Assembly (NCBI GenBank): GCA_051362555.1
Contig: CM120640.1
Location: forward strand, 50,508,788-50,572,787
Length of the DNA stretch: 64,000 bases
Direction: 5' to 3'
Source: Lingula anatina
Taxonomy: Eukaryota; Animalia; Brachiopoda
Part shown: piece by piece, positions 39,759 to 53,769 of the stretch
How the letters are laid out: each line of letters opens with the position of its first letter
Position numbering within the stretch: the first letter of the stretch is position 1
The notes under the pieces: model-generated
Seen by the model: only the letters and a program-made list of their open reading frames with translations
The model's database searches: none
Told to the model about the DNA's origin: nothing
Translations under genes and position numbers: made by a program

Positions 39759-42700
39759 CTACAGATCATCATCACTTGAGAACTCCATAAGATCTGTTTG
39801 ATCTTTCTTTTCACGAATTTCACCTCTCAAGGCATCCAGTTCCTCAAGTTCAAGCTAGAATGAGAAAGGATAATAGCTGACTGAAATTACTTTTTTGTGC
39901 TCATTGAAACAGGCCAAATAAAGTATTTCAATCTATGCAGTCATTAAAGAGAAAATGTTATAAATATGTCACCATTTTACAGAATATTTGGGCCTGCTTC
40001 CTTATACGTTTCCAGACTCGATGTATATAAAATTTCTTTCAATGAGATACAATATTTTTTAGATCTAAAATGGAATGTTGGTTATGTTAATATGAATCAT
40101 TACATGATATTCAAAATTTTCAAACTAACTGACCTGAACTTGTGGAAGATGGAAAGCTCTTCTTTGCTTGACAAATTTCATAGGGAATGGATTCAATTCT
40201 GTGAATGCTATCTGCAAAGGACAAAAACTACCAGATTGAAAGTTACATTTATTCAATATACAGTTGAATACGGTAAATATTCCAAATTAAAAAAAAAAAA
40301 AAATAGTAATGAACATTACATATATTCTTGGAAGTTTTAGTCTCATCAATCCATCCAGTATATCAGAATATCCTTACCTGGGATAATCTCCCAACGTCAA
40401 AAATTTTTTCACCCAAAGTCCTCAAATAATTATTTAAAGAAATCATATCCCTTTGCTTCAAAATGTCTTCTTCTTTAAACTTGAGAAAAGCCAGACAGAA
40501 GCGGAACAGCACCTAAAGCAAAATAAAATTGATATAATTAGATTTTAAACACAATAGAACATAACAACGGAGAAACAAAGAATCACGTTGCAACATGTCC
40601 ATTACAAAGAAAAACATGCTAACTGCTGCTGAATTAAAATCATTATCTTAGCATAGATATCAAAATATACTGTACAACATGGTTACGTTTCTTTTAAAAT
40701 ACAAACCTTGTTTCCCTCTAATAGAAAACTGTCCCATATCCTCAGGGTGGTTTCTGGGGGAACATTGTCAACAAAAAGGGTCAAAAACCAATTAAATGTG
40801 AATAAGGAAATGTCAAGCTCATTTTTTTCAAAGTGTGCATTGATTCTGGGGAGTTTTTCTGCTATCAAATCCTTAACAACCCTCTGAAAGAAAAACAAAA
40901 AATAATAGCATACACTTGAAAAAGAAAATTAATCTGCTAAACTGAGTATTCAAGACACAGTTATTAGGTTATGAACTATCAAATGACATAAAGAAAATAA
41001 CATAATCATTAAAACTGTCAAAATGCAACCTGCTACCAATATCATATCATAGTGAAAAATTAAAATAGTAGTTTATTTATTGTTATAGATTGTTCAATTT
41101 GGAATTCTTACTTGATCAGCCTGTGCTGCCATCATAGTTTTTCCAAAATAATCTGGAGGCATGATATAATCCATAATCCCAACTAAACACCAAAATGCCT
41201 CCTCCTCTGGAAGAAAGAGCATGGCCCATGCTGCCAGTCTGTTCATACCCTGTAAATAGAAAGATCAGTATGAGTTCAAAACTCAAAATATCCAAAATTT
41301 CATCTGGCGAGGTTCAGTTGAAGGGTTACAAATATGACTTGCATTTTCACTTTACATGCTGTAAATAAATGGGTTTGGCAAGCTGAAATTCGAGACTAGT
41401 TTCAAGCAATCACTGAAACTCAGGATACACATGAATTTGCTAGGTAGTAGGTAACTAGTAGGTAACATGCTTTGGGTATCAGAATATCTCTAAAGAAAAG
41501 GGGATAATTTAGGACAATGAAACTCCCATATATTGTCCCTGAATCTTTTATAAATCATATATTAATATAAAAGGACATACACCTGAAAATCCGAACCCAC
41601 AAAACAAATGCATACTAACCTGGCAATATCCAACACATGGGTTGTGTCTACTGTAAGCAAGAAGTACGCGACGTAGCTTGGGAATGCCGTCAGAATTTAG
41701 GCTCTCATAATGCTTGTTGTTTGGTAATGTTCTGAGGAGATCTAATTCAATCTAAAGTAAAGATATAAAAAAAAACATCTGTCTGTTTTAGTTTTTGTAA
41801 TACAACAAACAGTTGTTACACACACAATGTCATATGAATTTATATATCTACAACAAATGAAGACATCTTAAGTGAACACAGTTCCAGTTATTTACAGTTA
41901 GTTATTTTATATTACTAAAATAAGTCTTAGACCCCATTCCCATTCCCATACCTAGATTCATCTAGCAGGGATCAAAACATCTCCGAGAGAATTGTCCCTA
42001 AATTGCCTTCAGCTTAAGTGACTTGGATGTCTGGCATGCCTACTGAAGCTTCTAAATGATATTTAATTACCCTCTAACAGCTTCAGTAGGCTTGACAGAC
42101 ATCAGAGCTGCTTAAGCTGAATGCAATTTACCAAAAAAACCTTAAGATGGGTAGATCCTGCTAGATTCACCTAGGTATGGGAACGGGTCTAAGTAAAGTG
42201 AAATTACAGAATTAGCATCCTTTTAGCAGAATTTTACTAGATAATTTACACTATAATGAAAATCAAAATTCAGTTTTGATGAAATATACAAACACATTGG
42301 AATTTTAATTACCTGTTTAGCAGCAGGATTTGCCCTATTGTTACTAGTTTTCACTTTAGAAGAGAGAAGATTTTGGTAGTATCCACAGCCCAGTCTGTCT
42401 CTCAGTTTGCTGATTCTAAAACCTATGCAGCTGAAATGAGAAAGTAAATAACTTATTAGAAAAACATGAAAGAATCACAAATGATGGTTACCTATCTGGA
42501 AACTGATATTCAGAGAATTATATTTGAAGAACTGTAGTGGAATCTCTAATGACTGTTGATGGGAAATATAAAATTATTGGCAAACAAATCACATGAATTT
42601 AAACTTTTAAAAGAATATCTGTTTAAGTCAATAATCTTCATCAAATAATCTATATTATTTCCAGTACTTTTAATTCCAATGGTATAAAACACTACCCATG

Positions 42701-43731
42701 TCCACATAAAATTTTCCAAAATCCTTACATTCTCCAAACTTTCTCTCTGAACTGTGGTGGTATTCCTCCTCTAACCAATGACTTCAGTTCTGAGGCACGA
42801 CGAGGGTCTCTGGATTTCTCTAAAGCAACCACAAAGTTCTCCCATTTTACATTCTTGGAGATGTGATTTTCTTCTTCCTAAAAGGCAAATTATGTTTAAT
42901 CTAAATCCCCCAAGAGAACCATGTTATGACACAATTAACAACATATCAATATGCAAAGAATAAAAAGATTATAATGCATCAAATATATACCATCCAAGAT
43001 GTGTATTTCAATAATAAAAATGTCCAATACTGCTTTCCAATATCAAAATTTTTGCATCTCGCAAAACTTACATTTTCCTCATGAAAAAAATAAAAATAAA
43101 ATATTCCAAGGCTACAATGAATTCAATGTAAAAACCAAACTGTCCCATTTTCATCTTATAAGACTCATACTTGCCTTTGCCTTGTCAGCCAGCTGGTCTG
43201 ATTTCTGTTGTAACAGTTTGGCATGACTGACCAAAAAGTCTTCCTCATCTACCAGAGACAGTGGCTGTTTGTAGAAACCAAATCTATCACAGTCTGAATG
43301 GTAGCTATGATAATAATGAAAATGAAGACTATTATTTGTCAGTCATAATTCCTCCTTTTTGTAAGGTAGGTGTTAGCAGTAAATAGCAGAAAAAAGATTT
43401 TTCTCAAATACTTAATTGAAAATAAAAATTAACTTGAAATGAGTTTTTGCATATTCACCACATGCAGCTGCACCTGAACTTTTTGCTGTACATACTTTCC
43501 TGATGCAGTATAAGATCTCTCTACTCGCTCCACCACTTCTGACTCCATGGCATCCTCCAGTAGTCTATTTACTAGTTCTTGACTCTGATCTTCATCTGAA
43601 ATATGTCAAATTATGACATAAGCTTTCCATGAAGCTTGGATCCTTGGTACATGTAAATGACATACGTTATTAGGGCACAAGACAAACTGCATGAATCGAT
43701 TTAAAAAATGAAGGCACTGTTTAAAATTATT

Positions 43732-43782
<51 letters not shown>

Positions 43783-43919
43783 TGTGCGCGTGCGCGCATA
43801 CATGCCTGTGTGTTATATTTAATTATACCTTTCCTTGGTCCTTTCATTTCATTGAGGAGAATGAAAAATTTGCTTTCCAGTTGAAAGTATTTAGCCTCCA
43901 GTTCTGTGCATTTCCTATT

Positions 43920-43950
<31 letters not shown>

Positions 43951-46541
43951 AAACACATTGATCTGGTTTTAAATATTCAATTGCAGTTATTTTTTAAATG
44001 CCCTAATGTAATTTTTACATCATTTCTAAAAAGTCATACAAACTTCACTTCACCATGCTACGCTTATGCAAAAATAAACCTTACGCATTCCAAGAGTTCT
44101 CTCTCTCATTGACGTCTTTCCTCAATTGGTTGAGCTCTAGGATTTCTTTATTAAGAAATCTATTCTGGATTTCAAAAGCTGCACATTTGTCCTAAAATGT
44201 GAAGGAAATTAGACTTAGTTATCAGAATAGATAAGAATAAATTTGCAATAACAATTAGTTACCAGTTATTTAATATCTGTAAGACAATCTTGCTAGTTTG
44301 AAAATATCATGCTCCTTGAAAGTTGTACCAAATATTTAAATGTTAATATACTGGGAGATATCCAGGTTAGAACGGCTACTCATAGTCCATATTATACTAG
44401 ATTTAAAATTGCAAGTAAGACAGAAATGTGCATATATTTATAGCTAAAAGTGTGGCACATCACAACATTCATCAGTACTAAAACAAGTATACCTTAAGCT
44501 CATCCAACTCCTGAGCATGAGGCATTCTCTGCAGAGTTGTATTGGTGCTGCTATTTGTTGCAGGAGGTTTTGTATTCTTCTGTAACTGACCTTCCAGCTC
44601 ATAAATCTGATCAGTGAGGGCCATCACAACTTGGTCTTTGGCCATTATCATTTCTTCACAAACTGTTATTTTATCTTTTAGGCTTTGGACTTCACAAACC
44701 AGAGACCTGAAACCAAAGTATATTTGCCATGTAGCCACATTTCATTTCAATGCATGATTCCTTTGTTCAATCAAGAAAATTGATATAAAATACTGAAATA
44801 TCCCAACAGAAAGCACCCCCAGTACACATAACAGTTTATGTAATAACCCCACAGGAAACCATTAAACAAATTGCCAAAAATACCTCATTCGGTCTGTTGT
44901 TAATGCTTTCTCTTCATGAGTTGCTTCAAGTAAGTATTCTAGGTCTACAAGTTGTTTATCCTTTTCTTTAATGATGTTAAACATATCTGCATCTGTCTTG
45001 GCTATCATGACAGCCTCTCTGAAATGAAGAGCATATATCTCCATCTCTGTATTTATCTGTGTATCTATGTATGAACTATGTACAAACTAAGAAGAAAAAA
45101 CTTAGCTTTCTCACAACTTTTATGTCAAGGGCAAAACTCTGTCAAAACCCATTAAAACTCACTTATTACGTAACACTCATTTCTCAAAAACAAAACCCAT
45201 AAGCTAGAGAGTGCCATATCTACCGGTATCTAGCAAGACGGAGAATACCAAAAAGTACCTTGAGGCTTCACTTTTTGTAAGGGAGACCATTTGTTTTTGC
45301 ATAAGTTTAACAAGTTCTCTGTTTGCTACAAGTTCCTCTTCCACAGTCTGAACTTCATCTTTCAGGTGGACAACATACTGTTGAAGCTTTTGTTTAAAAT
45401 GTGAAATACAAATAAAAAAAGAAAGTGTGGAAAATAGAGAAATAAAGTCATTTGAAAAAGTATGTCTGCATGAGACTAAAATTAAAAGAGAAAATAAAAA
45501 CAGAGAAAATAAATTCCAAAATTACTAAAAGCAGTTATGATGTATATTATGTAAACTTTACTGCACTTCAGTAACATATATGCTTCTGGTCTTTTATGCA
45601 AAAACATATAATATAATGCAATTATTTATGTAGAATGCTCACCTGCTTGCATTTTTGGCAAGTGACTTCTTGACTCACAATCTTAGGTTCAGAAATTTCT
45701 CCACATACAACATCATCAGTGGCATTTGTCCAAAATTTACTAGTTGGACGGGGTGCAAACATTCTCTTCAAGCTTGCACTTTTATTCATCTTTTGTTGAG
45801 GTGGTTTTAGCTGTGAAGCAGCAGCTTCATCCCCTATGGCCACTGCTGATTGTTCTGTGCTAGGGGAATGCATGGGGCTTGTGCCCGAGTCTGGAATACA
45901 ATAATAATACTGCACTTGTATTGATGAGCTTGGAATAGAATAGCACTAGTACTAGTACACATAATATAGTATAACATAGTATTACATATATATATAGAGA
46001 AGTACATTTATTGCACATCTGTATGTGAAGATTCAAGTAAAAAGAGAAGTGTTAGAAATCATACACATAACGTCAGTCTCAGACTGGTAAGTTTGATACA
46101 TAGTCTCTGCATAACAGGGAGCATTGTTATGAGAAAATTTATGAGGTTTATTTACAGCGTATCACTTCTAAACCACGAGATAGCTTTCTTTTTCTTATAA
46201 AACCAAACTGAAGAAAAAAACTTCATCAGTCCTTGTCAATAACTTTAATAAGACAGGCAAAAATTATGAATTGACATGCATGCCAAAGATACAGCCATGG
46301 GCCATATTGAGAAATACTCCATGAAATGAATTTGGATTTTTCTCCACCTTTCCCTCCATGCCCAATTTGAAGTTCAAAGAATTATATCATTCAAAATATT
46401 GTTTTTAAATGTATTCTACAGATCAGCATTGTAGATGTTTATTTTGTATTTCCACTACATTTTAGCACATTTAAAAATGCAATATTTATTATATCAATTT
46501 CAAACTTGACTTGTTTCACCTTGCCATAAAAATCCCCTCTT

Positions 46542-46600
<59 letters not shown>

Positions 46601-49600
46601 CATTCAATAAATTCTTGAAAGTTTATTTGATAATATTATTAAAATCACACAAACACTAAGGACAAAACTTGCATATTTGAAAACCTTTTTGTTTTCAAGA
46701 TAATCAAACAGTACATAAAATTTTGACATTTTACCATATTATTTGAAGTTCACAGCCACTACTAACAAACAAACCTTGCATATTTGAAAGCCTTCGAGTC
46801 TTCAGAGATGCCATACTGTTCATAATTTCTGTCTTGAGATTCCTGATCGACCAGTTTGTGAAGCCAGTGTTGGAATCACCACCCATGTAACTGTGCTCAC
46901 CAACCTTCCCAACAGGAATGTCTACTGGGCTTAGTATGGCAGGCACATCCTGGTCTTCTCCAGCCTCACTGGTCTGACTGCGATTGGACTGAAAAATGAT
47001 AAATAAATGAACTTCATCATATGTTTCTAATAATTTTTTCAACACTCTCCCTCTTTCTCTCTCAATACACTGATAGAGAGCTTGATGAGTTTAGTACACA
47101 TACATGGTTTCTGGGGTTGGCTTAACACATCAAATTAAAAAATATATCATAAGACCCAACTTTTGCACCCTGAGCTTCAGAGATAACTTGACACTAACCT
47201 CTTCACAATAGCCTATCTTCATCGTGTCAAGTTACCTCTGACGAAAATAGTTTGACCTAGTTTATATAAGCCAATCGAATCCAAGTTTCAAAATTTTTGA
47301 CCAAAGTTTGGTGAAAACGCTGATTGGTTGACTGTCAATCGGTAATCCTCGGCTGATTCCGCAAGCTCCATACTAACAACAAAGTTATTTGTCGAGTGCG
47401 GAGACATCCGAGTAGTTCCGAGTGCATAACCGTACACAAAGAAAGCATGGCGTCTCCTACGAGTGACTACATAAAATAACGTGTTATCTCTTGATTCTTT
47501 GCAAAATATGAGTATCGGAATTGAAACCAGAGCATTTTGAGGCCCTGCATCATTATCTACTGAGGGATGATGTATTTTGCGTGCTGCCCACAGGTTAGGG
47601 CAAGTCCCTGATATTCAGCCTTATCTTTGATTGGTCTGGATTTGAACAAAGCGCGCTTTGACTCGTTCGCGTTCATTGGCTAGATTGTTCAATGAGTCAT
47701 TGAGTGCGGGCTTTAAATTTGATTGGCGGGCGGCGGGGGCAATCGAATGTGGTCAGAGGTAACTTGACACGATGAAGATAGGCTATTGTGAAGAGGTTAG
47801 TGTCAAGTTATCTCTGAAGCTCAGGGTGAACTTTTGAGGTTTTCAAAGCAATGTAAAAGACAAAAAAGACTTAATACATTTGTTTGTTCTATCTACACAG
47901 TAACTATAAAAATACAAAAATGATGTCAGTTTTGTCCCTTTTTTTCAAGAGGGTAAAAGAGAAAACAATATGACCACATCACTTTTACTTGTTTGAGGTA
48001 GCATGAGCATGTATTATTAGCTCATTTAGGAGCCAAGTAAAAAAAATAACACGCTTTTTCATTTATGACTATACTGACAATGACTAAGAGTTTTAAAGGA
48101 CAAACATCTAAGTTATTCTTCATACCTTATGAATTTGAAGTGACTTTTTCTTGCTAAACTCCCTTCTCTTTTTCTGGAGTTCCTGTAACCAATAGAGCAT
48201 TGTCTGTTTGTCTTGGGCTCCTATGTCATATGTTTTATGTGGTGTGCTGCAAAATAAATAAATGAACAAATATAATAATAAAATAAGAAATACATAAACA
48301 AATATAATAATTCCAATATAAGCAAATACATAAATAATGATAAAAAAAATAAATGTGAATAGAAATGATATACTTGTTTATATGCACTGTAAATTAGTGT
48401 AAGGATAAATGGAAATGAAGATTTTGTATGGTTAACATGACTTACAATTCAGTCATACAATATTTATGGCAATTGAATGAAATAAATGTGTGTATTGTCT
48501 ATATCACAATGCAAGCTTGCCTTATCATTCTCATTGAAATCTCTCAGATTTTAAATTGGCCATGGGATAATTAATAATTAACCTTAGACAAATTTTGATG
48601 AAACAATCTTTAAAACATTTTCAGTACTAGCAGATATACTGGGGGAAAAAAGAGATTGTCATTTGCAACTGATCTTAAGATAATCTATTAACTTCTAATT
48701 TTTACAATTATCCAAACAGATTGTGACATCTGAGCAAGAAGTTGTAACTTCTTGATGCAAAATCTCCAGTTCATTTAGCATTGCAGATTAGTCAGAGGGA
48801 CAGTTGAACGGATAACATGTCATGACTTCCCACATAGCATAAAGCATATTTAAGTGGTAAAGACTTTTAAAACTAGAGGATCAGAGAGGCGATACCGCCT
48901 CCGAATATTGTACCACCAGCTGGAGCAAGCGCATTCGTATAGACCCCCACATACACAAAATAAGGGACACAGCCACCAGTTTTGTGCTTGACAAGCTGTT
49001 AAAATGTAATCAACAAGAATTTTTAAACTTTTGCAAAAAAATATATATGGTACAATCAAATTTAAGTTCTTCGTAAGATAGGTCAAGGGTCAATTTCAAG
49101 GTCACAGTAAATTGCACGTATATGACTTCCTATTCAAGTTCAAGAGTAACTATGGACCTATCTCTGCCAGTTTTGGAGACAAAAGGAAAGCAAAATTTGC
49201 AAAGTTCAGTTCATGGTGAAAAGTAGGTCAAAGGTCAATTTTAAGGTCACATTTAGATTGCCAGTATATGACTTTCTATTCAAGTTCAATAGTAACTACG
49301 GACCTATCTCAGCCAGTTTTGGAGATAAAAGAAAAGCAAAATTTGCAAAATTCAGTTCATGGTGTAAAGTAGGTCAAAGGTCAATTTTAAGGTCACATTT
49401 AGATTGCCAGTATATGACTTCCTATTCAAGTTCAATAGTAACTATGGACCTAACTCTGCCAGTTTTGGAGATAAAAGGGAAGAAAAATTTGCAAAGTTCA
49501 GTTCATGGTGAAAAGTAGGTCAAAGGTCAATTTTAAGATCACATTTAGATTGCCAGTATATGACTTCCCATTCAAGTTCAATAGTAACTACGGACCTATC

Positions 49601-52600
49601 TCTGCCAGTTTTGGAGATAAAAGAAAAGCAAAATTTGCAAAATTCAGTTCATGGTGTAAAGTAGGTCAAAGGTCAATTTTAAGGTCACATTTAGATTGCC
49701 AGTATATGACTTCCTATTCAAGTTCAATAGTAACTACGGACCTATCTCTGCCAGTTTTGGAGATAAAAGGAAAGAAAAATTTGCAAAGTTCAGTTCATGG
49801 TGAAAAGTAGGTCAAAGGTCAATTTTAAGATCACATTTAGATTGCCAGTATATGACTTCCTATTCAAGTTCAATAGTAACTACGGACCTATCTCTGCCAG
49901 TTTTGGAGATAAAAGGAAAGCAAAATTTGCAAAGTTCAATTCGTGGTGAAAAGTAGGTCAAAGGTCAATTTTAAGGTCACATTTAGATTGCCAGTATATG
50001 ACTTCCTATTCAAGTTCAATAGTAACTACGGACCTATCTCTGCCAGTTTTGGAGATAAAAGGAAAGCAAAATTTGCAAAGTTCAATTCATGGTGAAAAGT
50101 AGGTCAAAAGTCAATTTTAAGGTCACATATAGATTGCCAGTATATGACTTCCTATTCAAGTTCAATAGTAACTACGGACCTATCTCTGCCAGTTTTGGAG
50201 ATAAAAGGAAAGCAAAATTTGCAAAGTTCAATTCATGGTGAAAGGTAGGTCAAAGGTCAATTTCAAGGTCACATTTAGATTGCCAGTATATGACTTTCTA
50301 TTCAAGTTCAATAGTAACTACGGACCTATCTCAGCCAGTTTTGGAGATAAAAGAAAAGCAAAATTTGCAAAGTTCAGTTCATGGTGTAAAGTAGGTCAAA
50401 GGTCAATTTTAAGGTCACATTTAGATTGCCAGTATATGACTTCCTATTCAAGTTCAATAGTAACTATGGAGCTATCTCTGCCAGTTTTGGAGATAAAAGG
50501 AGAGCAAAATTTGCAAAGTTCAATTCATGGTGAAAAGTAGGTCAAAGGTCAATTTTAAGGTCACATATAGATTGCCAGTATATGACTTCCTATTCAAGTT
50601 CAATAGTAACTATGGACCTATCTCTGCCAGTTTTGGAGATAAAAGGAAAGCAATATTTGCAAAGTTCAATTCATGGTGAAAAGTAGGTCAAAGGTCAATT
50701 TCAAGGTCACATTTAGATTGCCAGTATATGACTTTCTATTCAAGTTCAAGAGTAACTATGGACCTATCTCAGCCAGTTTTGGAGATAAAAGGGAAGCAAA
50801 ATTTGCAAAGTTCAGTTCATGGTGAAAAGTAGGTCAAAGGTCAATTTTAAGATCACATTTAGATTGCCAGTATATGACTTCCTATTCAAGTTCAATAGTA
50901 ACTATGGAGCTATCTCTGCCAGTTTTGGAGATAAAAGGAAAGCAAAATTTGCAAAGTTCAATTCATGGTGAAAAGTAGGTCAAAGGTCAATTTTAAGGTC
51001 ACATATAGATTGCCAGTATATGACTTCCTATTCAAGTTCAATAGTAACTATGGACCTATCTCTGCCAGTTTTGGAGATAAAAGGAAAGCAATATTTGCAA
51101 AGTTCAATTCATGGTGAAAAGTAGGTCAAAGGTCAATTTCAAGGTCACATTTAGATTGCCAGTATATGACTTTCTATTCAAGTTCAAGAGTAACTATGGA
51201 CCTATCTCAGCCAGTTTTGGAGATAAAAGGGAAGCAAAATTTGCAAAGTTCAGTTCATGGTGAAAAGTAGGTCAAAGGTCAATTTTAAGATCACATTTAG
51301 ATTGCCAGTATATGACTTCCTATTCAAGTTCAATAGTAACTATGGACCTATCTCTGCCAGTTTTGGAGATAAAAGGGAAGCAAAATTTGCAAAGTTCAGT
51401 TCATGGTGAAAAGTAGGTCAAAGGTCAATTTCAAGGTCACAGTAAGATAGCCAGTATATGACTTCCTATTCAACTTCAATAGTAACTATGGACCTATCTC
51501 TGCCAGTTTTGGAGATATAAGGGACTAAATGTTATAATTTTGGAGTTACCATAATGTGCCTTAAATTTCGTACAGAAAAAATTAATTAAAATAGAGAAAA
51601 TGTCATTTTGGTCAAAATTCTTGAAATAGGAGGTGCTCTGAAGTTTCAGAAGTTCAAATTTGATGAAATAATGTCATTTTTGAACACAAGTTGTCTGCTT
51701 TGCCAAGCCTTATGTTTTATTTTTCCAGAGTTCAAAATTTATTATCCATTACCGTACTGCACATTTTGCTTTTACCACCAATATGTACTTTTTGATACAG
51801 CGTAACTCAAAAACCGTATGGAATACAAAAAAACCGAGACCACCTTCAGTGTTGGGCTTTACATGCACTACAAAATGCAAAAAAGAATGGGTCTCTAGCA
51901 TTAACAGTTCCCGAATTAGAGACAGTTTTCAGTTTCGGTATCTTATGGCCGCTACTCCCGTGAAAATGCACCGATTGACCCCAAATTCATGGAGATGAAA
52001 GATGACCTGAAGGGTAACACTTTCCAATAATATTATTGGTTAAGTCTGTGTAGTGTCTGAATAACAGGGCAAAAAAATTTTTTTTCATAAAAAATTTCAT
52101 TTTTTTGAAAATTTTGGCCCATTTGACCTTGAAGTAAAGGTCAAAGGTCAAATCCAAGGGTATATTTGAAATCTACACATATGACTTTTGGAAAGCCGTC
52201 TATAGAAATTTTTCCCATAACTCCTTCCATAGGGTAGATAATTAGCATTTAATTTTGCCATTTTTAGACAAGGGTGCATTGTAATGAGTGCCACACCCAG
52301 ACCCCAATACCGACAAAGCCCAAATTTTACGTGGAACGAGTTGAGATTATAGGTGACCTAAATCCATGAGATGGGTACGGGGGCCCTTACCGTCTAGGAG
52401 GAGAAGCGGTAACGGTAGCCGTCCGGCGGAGCCGGCGGAGCCGGCGGAGCTGGCGGAACGATCCGGACGGGACCGAAACCATGTGTACCGCCAGCGCTAA
52501 CGCTGGTGGTACAATTAAAATATAACAATGGGCAGTTCACTTTAACAGTCATTTTCTTCATCATATAACAGAACTAGCAGTCAATAAAAGACATTTTGTC

Positions 52601-53676
52601 ACAAAGTTAGAACAAAAATACAAAACGCCCGAGTCCTACATCCCTTTAATTCTGACTGTGAACTTTGCCTCCTATTGTGTCATTCACATGATTTCCCCTC
52701 TCAGTAACACCCTCTCTCCTAAGAAAAACTTCATGACACTTGAATTTACAGAGAGGAGAAAAAATTACCGTGGAATGCTCTTTTCAGAGTAAAAAAGACT
52801 AATACAAGGTATAAAAACCAAAAGACTTGATCAAGCTATATGTGAATATTATATACTAAGAGGACCTCTAAACAGAAACAGTGCATATTATATGCTGTCT
52901 TAGCATATATCAATCCTAGTAAATGATCTTGTTCATACTCTTGTCGTTGTGCTGACTGCTAGATTATATTATACCTACTGCTAGTTAATGGTGGTCAGGC
53001 CAAAAGTACTATCATGATAATAAGTTGTTTCTCAAGATGACACAGGGTTCATGTCCCCTCCAAGCTACTATCAAAATGTTTTAGCACACAAATTTTCCTT
53101 CACCTTTGAATTTCTTCCCCTGTCAAGTTTTCAGCTCTGTGGGTGTCTGTTATATCAAGAAGTTATAACTTCTTGGTTATATACACTGGATGTGATGACA
53201 CAAGCCCCATTGCTTAGCAATGGCAAGTCATATCCTCAGTTATAATATGCAGTCTCATGACAAACCGCAAGTTGTAGTTCTGTCATTTAGAGATATTAAG
53301 TCAAATAATGTAACCATAGTGGAAATCACATGACTTAAACAAGACTTTCTAAATAAACTAAGAGGTACCTGAAATGTTAGATTACTACTCAGATGACCCT
53401 ACTGAACTACTGCTCAGATGACCTAGCTGGACTATGAGTTGTAGCTTGTTAGTTGTGACTGTATTGGGGTGTGCACACTGGTCTGATAGACAACACTTAA
53501 AGTAGATAGCCATGGACAGACAGCCTCTAGCCACTTACCTGTGATAAGAAAGATGCTAATACTGTTGTAGGCCTGTGTGACAAGAATAATGACCTTACAA
53601 CATGGGTTATAAGTGGACCAAAAGGAAGCCTTAATTATACAATACAGTATTCGTTATTATCATTGTACTGAGTAGC

Positions 53677-53769
<93 letters not shown>

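Noticed and set aside
814-47828. RAG/Transib-type RSS interpretation of the two CAC-ended elements
   Set aside because: The TSDs are 8 bp rather than 5 bp, and no heptamer-spacer-nonamer structure is visible.
49213-50540. Repeated 101-aa ORFs (MVKSRSKVNFKVTF...), also at 60358-60663
   Set aside because: By-products of reading through the 146-bp satellite. The period is not a multiple of 3 and there is no protein motif.
49077-51520. Regularly spaced repeats resembling a CRISPR array
   Set aside because: Whole monomers are repeated with no unique spacers; the context is eukaryotic and no cas genes are present.
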